The notes below the pieces were generated by a model, which searched no databases, was not told the origin of the DNA, and worked only from the letters and a program-made list of their open reading frames with translations. Made by a program: the position numbers and the translations under genes. Shown here in pieces: positions 32,037-39,534 of a stretch of DNA of 64,000 nt; within the stretch, counting starts at the first letter, position 1; each line of letters begins with the position of its first letter. Source of the stretch: an uncultured delta proteobacterium (lineage in GTDB: Bacteria > Myxococcota_A > Polyangia > Polyangiales > Polyangiaceae); NCBI GenBank assembly GCA_963841435.1, contig CAWJCS010000002.1, positions 640,001 to 704,000 of the forward strand. The letters run 5' to 3'.

Positions 32037-33199
32037 GGCTCGGGGGGGGCGTCGAGCCCGAGCGACCGAAAAACGTCCTGGAGAGCGTCGGCCTGCTCGC
32101 GGAGCGCGTCGGCGAGGGCCTGGACTCGCTCGCGCCCCTCGGGGTTGTCGAAGCGGATCTCGCGATCGAAGGGCGGCACGATGGCGTTCGCCCGCGCGAG
32201 GCTCTCGTCGATGAGCGCGCCGAGGCGGTCGGCGAGCGCGGGGTCACGCGCGGCGACGAGGTCGCGGATGCCGGTTCCGCTCGCGACCTGACCGCCCGGG
32301 CTCGTGTACCTGCCGTGGTACACGTTCCAGACGCCCTGCACGTCCTGGATCATGTCGCGGTGCGTGTTGTCGCTGAAGCAGGAGTGCTCGTCTTCCTGGT
32401 TTCCCGAGTCGAGTGCCGTCTGCACGCGCTCGCCCCCGGTTTCGAAGCCGGAAAGCACGATCATGCCCGTCAGGACGCGGCGCAGCGCTTCCTTCGGCGC
32501 CACGCTCTCGAGCTCGACGCGATAGTCGGCGGCGGGGGCCCAGGCAGCGACGAGACCCGCGAGGTTTTCGACGAGCAGCTCGGAAACCGTCGCCAGGTAG
32601 AGCGCCCGTCGATCCTGGTGTTCGGCGGTGCGCGAGCCCTCGAGCGCGTAGTCGGTGGCGGGGCGGTCGCCTGGGCCGTCCTCGTCGTGATCCTGGCCCC
32701 ACAGCAAAAACTCGACGGCATGGTAGCCCGTCGCGATGTTCTCTTCGCCGCCCTTTTCGTTGAGCGCCGACAGCGACTCGGCGCTGATCGTCACCCGTGG
32801 ATCGTTGACGATGCCGGCGTCGTCGTCGCCCTCGACGTAGTCGATGTACGACTCGTCGAGCGGCCAGGCGTTCATGAGCCCCTCCGGGTCGTCGATCGGG
32901 CCGTCGTAGAAGCGGTAGACCTCGGTCTGCAGGTACGGCTCGCGCGCGTCCTTCCAAGCTTTTCTCGCCGCGTTCAGGCGCGCTTCGTTCGGCGACCGAA
33001 GAAACTCCGCGATGGTCTCTTTTAGCAGCGTCGCCCCGTCGAGCGAGTCCGCGTAGCTCGCTTCGACGATGCGGGCATAGTTGGAAATCGCGGCCGCGGT
33101 GGCCTTCGCTTCCGTCGCTGCCGCGTCGTTTCCGTCGCCGCATCCGGCGGCCGCCGGCAGCGCCATGGCGAGAAAGAGTGCGCCGAGTGGACGTTTCAA
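32033..33199 (-). CDS. iron-regulated imelysin/IrpA family lipoprotein
   Basis: GGAGG plus TTG start, AGC lipobox, TEVYRFYDGPID, NAWPLDESYIDY, TGYHAVEFLLWGQD, QEDEHSCFSDNT. Confidence 0.93.
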   Translation of the reverse strand: MKRPLGALFLAMALPAAAGCGDGNDAAATEAKATAAAISNYARIVEASYADSLDGATLLKETIAEFLRSPNEARLNAARKAWKDAREPYLQTEVYRFYDGPIDDPEGLMNAWPLDESYIDYVEGDDDAGIVNDPRVTISAESLSALNEKGGEENIATGYHAVEFLLWGQDHDEDGPGDRPATDYALEGSRTAEHQDRRALYLATVSELLVENLAGLVAAWAPAADYRVELESVAPKEALRRVLTGMIVLSGFETGGERVQTALDSGNQEDEHSCFSDNTHRDMIQDVQGVWNVYHGRYTSPGGQVASGTGIRDLVAARDPALADRLGALIDESLARANAIVPPFDREIRFDNPEGRERVQALADALREQADALQDVFRSLGLDAPPEP

Positions 33200-33215
33200 G
33201 GGTGCCTCCGGTGCG

Positions 33216-33545
33216 CTAGAGCGCTTGGTTTTGCCCCTCGGAGGCCGCCATCAGGTAGCGCACGACGAGCTCCTCCTCGCGCTCGTCGAGGCCTGCGGGC
33301 TTTGCCATCTCGCGCACGAGCCCCGGCCATCTTTCGGCGCGGAACGCCGACGGCTCGAAGGGCCGATGGCAGCGCCCGCAGTGCGAGAGCAGGATGTGCC
33401 GCCCCGCTTCGAGTGACTCGCGCGAGGAGCCGGGGAAGCGCGCTGCCGCGATCCTGACGTCGTTCGCGGTGACGGGGTGGAACGGCCCCGCGCACGCGCC
33501 CACGACGAGCGCTCCGACGAAGAGCCAGCCGAGCGCGCGCGTCAC
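33216..33545 (-). CDS. small monohaem cytochrome c lipoprotein
   Basis: GTG overlapping the upstream TGA, VGAC lipobox, CGRCH haem motif, distal W..LVREM. Confidence 0.8.
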   Translation of the reverse strand: MTRALGWLFVGALVVGACAGPFHPVTANDVRIAAARFPGSSRESLEAGRHILLSHCGRCHRPFEPSAFRAERWPGLVREMAKPAGLDEREEELVVRYLMAASEGQNQAL

Positions 33546-34378
33546 AGCCCGATTCCCACGATGGCGCGAAACCAGAATTTCCCCCATGGATCGCCCGCCA
33601 CCGCCGCCTTGCCGAAGTCGTCGAGCCGCGCGTACGCGCCGAGCGACAGGAAGTACTCGCCCGTCTGCAAGAGCAGCGTGGGTCCGAGATAGTGGTGCGC
33701 GCCCTCCTCCTCGCCAGCTTCTTCGCTTTCGAAGTTGCCGTGCACCCAGTACTCGATGCCGGGTGACACGCGCGGCGAGGCCTCGAAGCTCGCACCGAGC
33801 GTGGGGTTATACAGGTATTCCCAGCGTTTCTCGGCGAGCTTGTACTCCTGCTCGACCCAGAGGTTCGTGACGACCGTCACGGGGCCGAGCTGCTTGCTCA
33901 GAAGCACTTTCTCCTCGAGCTCGATCTCGTCGTAGAGCTCGGCGACCTCGACGTAGGCTCCCACGTTGACGGGCCACTCGCCGGCATCGGCGAAGCGGTA
34001 GCGCAAGCGCTGCTTGATGCCGTCGAGCGTCAGCCCGGGCTCGTCGGCGCTCGCCGCCTGCTGGTACGCGAAGTACCACCCGAGCTCCAGCGAATCGGTG
34101 ATGCCGAGCTCGATCTCCGATTGCATCTCGAAGCGCAGGGTCGGAACGCTCTCGGTGCCGCCCGCAAGCTCGCGCTCGGCGCGCGACGGAACAACGTCGA
34201 CGTACTGCTCGAGCTCGAGGTGCCCCGCGGGGAGCGTGACGTGCGGGTACGAAAACGGCAGCGGGTGAGGCGTCGCTCGGGCGACGCCGCTCGAGGCGAG
34301 CCCAAAAGCGCCCCCGAAGGCGGCCGCGAGCGCGTGGCGGCGCGTGGCAAAGAAAAGACGGGCGAAGCGGTCGAGCAC
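33542..34378 (-). CDS. putative outer-membrane beta-barrel protein (first gene of the Fur-box operon)
   Basis: Leader with TRRHAL...VARA, amphipathic beta-strand pattern, C-terminal FWFRAIVGIGL; start chosen downstream of the promoter. Confidence 0.7.
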   Translation of the reverse strand: MLDRFARLFFATRRHALAAAFGGAFGLASSGVARATPHPLPFSYPHVTLPAGHLELEQYVDVVPSRAERELAGGTESVPTLRFEMQSEIELGITDSLELGWYFAYQQAASADEPGLTLDGIKQRLRYRFADAGEWPVNVGAYVEVAELYDEIELEEKVLLSKQLGPVTVVTNLWVEQEYKLAEKRWEYLYNPTLGASFEASPRVSPGIEYWVHGNFESEEAGEEEGAHHYLGPTLLLQTGEYFLSLGAYARLDDFGKAAVAGDPWGKFWFRAIVGIGL

Positions 34379-34387
34379 GATGGCTAA

Positions 34388-34416
34388 ACGATAATGAAAG
34401 TGATTTGCAATTTCAA
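34388..34416 (-). promoter_or_regulatory. sigma70 promoter of the imelysin/DHOR/HTTM operon
   Basis: Minus strand TTGAAA-N17-TATCGT, overlapped by the Fur box, 9 nt before GTG. Confidence 0.7.
34390..34408. promoter_or_regulatory. Fur box
   Basis: GATAATGAAAGTGATTTGC matches 14/19 of GATAATGATAATCATTATC; lies in a conspicuous AT-rich patch upstream of iron-related genes. Confidence 0.85.
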
Positions 34417-34540
34417 CAAGAGTTTGGTGAAAGGCACCGTGACCAATGAAAACGGGCACTTGTGAGCGAGCCAGGCGTCTCCTGCGACGCTCGGCGGACA
34501 CCGGCGTGATCGTCCCGGTCGGGCTCTGCATGGAGCGGTC

Positions 34541-35911
34541 ATGGCAAACGCCCGCTTCGCACCCGCCCTCTGCACCCGCGCCGCGGCGGCGCTCGCGCTT
34601 GTCGGCCTTTCGTGCAGCGCGGGAGCGCCCGCCACCGGGTCCGACTCGCAGTCGGGCGGCAACGGCGGCTCGTCGCTCGTGACGACGGGAGGGAGCGGCG
34701 GCACGGGCAACGTTGCCGGCCTACCAGGCTCGGGCGGCAGCGCCGGAACCGGGCTAGGCAGCGGCGGCTCGATCGTCACCGCTGGCACCGGCGGCGTCTC
34801 GGGCAGCGCCGGCGACGCCACCGAGGCATGCGAGACGGCTCAGGCCGACGCCACGCTCGTGCGCGAGCCGGTTAACATCATCGTCGTACTCGACAACTCG
34901 GGGAGTATGGCCGAGGAAATGGGGGCCGCCGAGGCGAACATCAACGTCAACTTCGCTTCGATTCTCGACCAGGAAAAGGCCGACTATCGCGTGATCCTGC
35001 TCTCCCGCCACCGCAAGGGCGAGCGCAGCGGCACGGGCGAAAGCGAGGCCAACACCTCGATCTGCGTCACCGAGCCGCTGAGCGGGCTCGCCTCCTGCCC
35101 TGCCGATGATCCGGTGTTTTCGGAGCGCTTCTTTCAGTGGGGAGGCAAAATCGAAAGCTACGACGCGCTCAATTGGATGATCGACGCGTACGATCAGCCT
35201 CCCGACAATTCACGCGCCAAGGCCCTCGCGCCGAACGGCTATCACGAGTGGCTGCGTCCCGGAGCGAAGAAGGTCATCCTCGTGATGACCGACGACGACG
35301 AGTCGAACGACGACAGCGACACTCCGCTCACGGTCGCCGACTTCCTGTCTGGGTTGACCGCCAAGGACCCCGCCGCCTTCGGCACTCCCGACGCGCCGAG
35401 CTTCGTGTTCCACAGCATCGTGGGCGTCGAGGAAAAGGCAGACCCAACGGCCGCGTACGAGCCCACGGAGCCGCTCGTCACCGAGAAATGCACGGGCAAC
35501 GGCGCCGCCATCGAGGCGACGGGTGAGACGTACCAAGAGCTCGGCATCCTCACGGGCGGGCTGCGCTTCCCGCTGTGCCAGTTCCCCGGCTACGACGCGG
35601 TGTTCCGCGCCATTGCGGAAAACGTCATCGTCCAGAGCAACGTCGCTTGCGAGTTCGACATTCCGCCGCCTCCCGCGGGCACGATGCTCGACCTCGATAA
35701 GGTTGCCGTGCGGCAGACGTCGCAGACCGGAGCCGAGTCGCAGTTCTTGCAGGCGCCGACCCCGGCGGACTGCCAGGCGGACGCTTTCTACATCGATCGC
35801 ACGGCGAACCAGGTCCACCTCTGCCCCGAGGCCTGCGAGTCCGTGCGCGCCGAACCGCTCGCGAAGGTCGAGGTGCTGTTCACCTGCATGAGCACGCTGA
35901 TCGTGAAGTAG
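34541..35911 (+). CDS. vWA-domain lipoprotein (myxobacterial type)
   Basis: LSC lipobox, Gly/Ser linker, MIDAS DNSGSM, C-terminal HLCPEAC module. Confidence 0.85.
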   Translation: MANARFAPALCTRAAAALALVGLSCSAGAPATGSDSQSGGNGGSSLVTTGGSGGTGNVAGLPGSGGSAGTGLGSGGSIVTAGTGGVSGSAGDATEACETAQADATLVREPVNIIVVLDNSGSMAEEMGAAEANINVNFASILDQEKADYRVILLSRHRKGERSGTGESEANTSICVTEPLSGLASCPADDPVFSERFFQWGGKIESYDALNWMIDAYDQPPDNSRAKALAPNGYHEWLRPGAKKVILVMTDDDESNDDSDTPLTVADFLSGLTAKDPAAFGTPDAPSFVFHSIVGVEEKADPTAAYEPTEPLVTEKCTGNGAAIEATGETYQELGILTGGLRFPLCQFPGYDAVFRAIAENVIVQSNVACEFDIPPPPAGTMLDLDKVAVRQTSQTGAESQFLQAPTPADCQADAFYIDRTANQVHLCPEACESVRAEPLAKVEVLFTCMSTLIVK

Positions 35912-36052
35912 CGGCGGGTGGCCGCACCGCAGCTCGACGCTTTTCGCAGGATTTTACGATGATTATCGGCGAGTTGGCCACGCGCCCGCGCGCGCCCGCC
36001 GGGGAAAAGGCTAGCCGGACGGGGGGCCACGTGAAAAACAGATGAACCGGGC

Positions 36053-37882
36053 ATGTGCGGCATCGTCGGGTACGTCGGTCCTCGGGTGGCAGCGCCCGTC
36101 CTGCTCGAGGGGCTGAAGCGGCTCGAGTACCGGGGCTACGACTCGGCCGGCCTCGCCATTCACACGGCCAGGGGTGTCGAGGTCGCGCGCAGCGTCGGCA
36201 AGCTCGACAACCTCTCGCGCGCTCTCGGCGGCAGGAAGCTCGACGGCACGGTGGGCGTTGCTCACACGCGCTGGGCGACGCACGGCCAGCCGAGCGAATC
36301 GAACACGCATCCACACGTCAGCGGTGACGTCGCCGTGGTGCACAACGGCATCATCGAGAATCACGTCGCCTTGCGGCGCGAGCTCGAGGCCGAAGGCGTC
36401 CACATCGCGAGCGACACCGATACCGAGATCGTCGCGCACCTCGTGCGGCGCGAGCTCGATGCCGGACGACTGCTCTTCGATGCGGTGCGGGCCGCGCTTT
36501 CGCAGGTGCACGGCGCGTACGCGCTCGCCGTGCTGTCGGCGCGGCAACCGGATCGCATCATCGTGGCCAAGAGCGGCTCGCCGCTCGTCGTGGGCCTCGG
36601 GGACGGCGAGACGCTGTGCGCGAGCGACATGCCGGCGCTGCTCGCCCACACGCGCGACGTGCTGTTCCTCGAGGACGGCGAGCTCGCCGAGCTCACGACG
36701 GCGGGCGCGCGCGTCGAGACGCTCACCGGTACGCCCGTCACGCGCCCGACGCGCCGCGTCGACTGGAGCCCCGCGGAGGTCGAGAGGGCTGGATACCGCC
36801 ACTTCATGCTCAAGGAGATCTTCGAGCAGCCGCGGGCCGTCGAGGACACCCTGCGCGGTCGGGTTCGCGTCGCTGCCGGCGACATCGAGGACGCCGAGAT
36901 GGGTCTCGATCCACGTGCGCTGCGCGGCATCGAGCGCGTGTGCTTCGTCGGGTGCGGCACGAGCTACCATGCGTCGATCGCGGGGCGCTACTGGGTCGAG
37001 GAAATCGCGCGCCTGCCCGCGCAGGTGGAGCTCGCGAGCGAGGTCAGGAGCCGCTCGCCCGTGTTTTCGGAGCGCGATCTCGTGGTCGCCGTGAGCCAAT
37101 CGGGCGAAACGGCGGACACGCTGGCCGCCGTACAGCTGGCGCGCGACGCGGGGGCGTGCGTGCTCGCGATCGCGAACGTCGCCGGCGGTGCGATCCCGCT
37201 CGCGGCAGACGGCACGCTCTACACGCGAGCCGGACCGGAGGTGAGCCTCCCCTCGACCAAGTCATTTACCGCGGAGCTTGCAGCGCTGCTCTTGCTCTCA
37301 CTCTACCTTGCCAACCGGCGCGGCGTGCTCGACGAACGGGGCAGGGGCGAGGCGCTTCGGGCCCTGCTCGGCGTGCCCGCGGCGATGCGTCGCACGCTCG
37401 AGCGCTCCGACGAGGTCTTCGAGGTCGCGCGCCGCTTCCAGCACGCACGAAACGTGCTGTTCCTCGGGCGCGGCTACGGCTATCCCATCGCGCTCGAAGG
37501 CGCGCTCAAGCTCAAGGAGGTGAGCTACGTGCACGCCGAGGGCTACGCGGCCGCCGAGCTGCGGCATGGCCCGATGGCGCTCATCGACGACCAGACGCCC
37601 GTCGTGATGGTGATACCGCGTGATCGGCACTACGAAAGGACGCTGGCCAACCTGCAGGACGTGCGCGCGCGCGGTGCTCACGTGATTGCCGTCGCGAGCG
37701 ACGGCGACGAGATCGTGGCGTCCCTCGCGGAGCACGTCGTCAAGATCCCCGAGGTGCCGGAGCTCGTGCAGCCCCTGCTCGCCGCGATCCCGCTTCAGCT
37801 CCTTGCCTACTACGTCGCCGACATCAGGGGCACGGACATCGACCGCCCAAGGAACCTCTCCAAGGTGGTCGGTGCCTTGTGA
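36053..37882 (+). CDS. glmS: glutamine--fructose-6-phosphate aminotransferase (divergent)
   Basis: MCGIVG, LEYRGYDSAG, HTRWATHG, VHNGIIEN, SQSGETADT, EGALKLKE; C-terminal tail PRNLSKVVGAL. Confidence 0.93.
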   Translation: MCGIVGYVGPRVAAPVLLEGLKRLEYRGYDSAGLAIHTARGVEVARSVGKLDNLSRALGGRKLDGTVGVAHTRWATHGQPSESNTHPHVSGDVAVVHNGIIENHVALRRELEAEGVHIASDTDTEIVAHLVRRELDAGRLLFDAVRAALSQVHGAYALAVLSARQPDRIIVAKSGSPLVVGLGDGETLCASDMPALLAHTRDVLFLEDGELAELTTAGARVETLTGTPVTRPTRRVDWSPAEVERAGYRHFMLKEIFEQPRAVEDTLRGRVRVAAGDIEDAEMGLDPRALRGIERVCFVGCGTSYHASIAGRYWVEEIARLPAQVELASEVRSRSPVFSERDLVVAVSQSGETADTLAAVQLARDAGACVLAIANVAGGAIPLAADGTLYTRAGPEVSLPSTKSFTAELAALLLLSLYLANRRGVLDERGRGEALRALLGVPAAMRRTLERSDEVFEVARRFQHARNVLFLGRGYGYPIALEGALKLKEVSYVHAEGYAAAELRHGPMALIDDQTPVVMVIPRDRHYERTLANLQDVRARGAHVIAVASDGDEIVASLAEHVVKIPEVPELVQPLLAAIPLQLLAYYVADIRGTDIDRPRNLSKVVGAL

Positions 37883-37892
37883 TGGCGTCGCG

Positions 37893-38645
37893 GTGAAGCG
37901 CTTCGTCGCGTGCCTGCTCGCGATCGCCTGCGAAAGAGCGGCGATGCCAGCGCCTGCTTCGCCCGCCGAGCCGCCGCCGGTCGCTCCGAACGAGCCCTTG
38001 GCGCCCGTCGTGCCCCCCGCCGCCCCGAGCGGGCCGGTGCTCGTTCGGGCCCGGCCGGCCTGCGAGCTCGAGCTCTCGACGGCGGCCGTGCGTCGAGCCA
38101 ACGGGTACGAGGTCGTCGCGCGCGTGCACAACCCGAGCGCCCGCGCCGTCGGCTTCGAGGCGGAGGATCGCTGTCCGAGCGGTCCGGTCGTCTTCCGCGG
38201 GCTTCCCGACGGTTACGATTACTACGGTACCTGCGCGATGGGCGCCTGCGCCGGGCCGCGACCGAGGCTCAAGCTCGTGGTCGCGCCCGGCGCGACGCTC
38301 ACGCTCGCTTCGATCAACGTCGATCCCGAGGGCAGCGCGTGCAACCGCGAGCTGCCGCTCGGGCGTTATCCGGTGAGCTTCGCGCTCGAGATCGACGGCA
38401 CGGCGTGCGAGGGCGGTGGCGCGATCGTGGAGCGGCTCGGACGGAGCGAGCCCCCACCCGTGCCGCTACCGGTCCCGAGCGCGCCGCCCGCAGGGCCGAA
38501 CCACGAGCGACCGGCACCAAAGCGTGGCAAGTGCCCGCCCATGCCCGCCTGCGGCATCGCGTGCCCTCCGGGCTCGAGCATGGCGCACGACGCACAAGGT
38601 TGTTCCCTCTGTGCGTGCGAAGACCCGCCAGGTGTCCTTCGCTGA
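37893..38645 (+). CDS. Cys-rich lipoprotein with C-terminal antistasin-like domain
   Basis: GTG KRFVACLLAIAC lipobox; C-terminal CPPMPACGIACPPG..DAQGCSLCAC. Confidence 0.7.
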   Translation: MKRFVACLLAIACERAAMPAPASPAEPPPVAPNEPLAPVVPPAAPSGPVLVRARPACELELSTAAVRRANGYEVVARVHNPSARAVGFEAEDRCPSGPVVFRGLPDGYDYYGTCAMGACAGPRPRLKLVVAPGATLTLASINVDPEGSACNRELPLGRYPVSFALEIDGTACEGGGAIVERLGRSEPPPVPLPVPSAPPAGPNHERPAPKRGKCPPMPACGIACPPGSSMAHDAQGCSLCACEDPPGVLR

Positions 38646-38711
38646 GCTCCGCCGCAGGCGCAGCGCGCACGCAGCGCGGGGCGGGTCAGTCCCAAGGCAC
38701 GTTCGAGCGTC

Positions 38712-39491
38712 TCAGCGGCCCTGAAAACGCGGCTTTCGTTTTTCCGCGAACGCTCGCAGCGCCTCGCGGCGGTCCTCGCTCGAAAGGCACGCCTCGTAGG
38801 CGGCCGTCTCGGCGGCGAGCCCCGCCTCGAGCGGCAGCGTCTGCGCGGCCCGGAGCGCGACGAGGGCTGCGCGCGTTGCGAGGGGCGCCCCGTCGAGCAC
38901 GGGAGTGAGCCAGGCGAGCGCGTCGTCAACGACGTTCGCGCCGGCCGGGGTCACGCGATTGACGATGCCGAGCGCGAGCGCCTCGGCAGCGCCGAGCCGG
39001 GTGCCGAGGAGCACCAGCTCGAGCGCCTTGGCGTGGCCGACGAGGCGAGGGAGCCGCTGCGTGCCGCCCGCCGCGGGAATGATGCCGAGCGAGGTTTCGG
39101 GCAGACCCATGATGGCATGCTCGGCGGCCACGCGGAGGTCGCAGGCGAGCGCGAGCTCGAGCCCGCCCGCGAGCGCGGCGCCGTTGAGCGCGGCGACCAC
39201 GGGGAACGGCGAAGCCGAGAGCCAGCCGAGCTCGGTCCGGTAGAGGGCGAGCATGGCGCGCACCTCGTCCTCGCTCATGCCCTCGCGCTCCTTGAGATCC
39301 GCGCCGGCGCAGAAGGCCTTGTCTCCCGCGCCCGTGAGCACCGCCGCGCGCACGGAGGGGTCGCTCGAGAGCTCGCGGCCCACGCGTCCGAGCTCGCGGA
39401 TCGCCGCGCGATCGAAGGCATTGCGGCGCTCGGGCCGATTCAGCGTGACGATGGCGGCGCTATCGCGGCGGGCGAGCGTCACGGAGGCCAT
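38712..39491 (-). CDS. enoyl-CoA hydratase/isomerase family protein
   Basis: TLNRPERRNA, AFCAGADLKE, GGLELALACD, LPETSLGIIPAAGGTQRL. Confidence 0.95.
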   Translation of the reverse strand: MASVTLARRDSAAIVTLNRPERRNAFDRAAIRELGRVGRELSSDPSVRAAVLTGAGDKAFCAGADLKEREGMSEDEVRAMLALYRTELGWLSASPFPVVAALNGAALAGGLELALACDLRVAAEHAIMGLPETSLGIIPAAGGTQRLPRLVGHAKALELVLLGTRLGAAEALALGIVNRVTPAGANVVDDALAWLTPVLDGAPLATRAALVALRAAQTLPLEAGLAAETAAYEACLSSEDRREALRAFAEKRKPRFQGR

Positions 39492-39534
39492 GTCCCTCCA
39501 TCATAGCGCTCGAGCGGCCGCGCGCGTGGCCCCG

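Noticed and set aside
35912-36052. glmS ribozyme upstream of glmS
   Set aside because: No recognisable conserved ribozyme core by eye; an Rfam scan would be decisive
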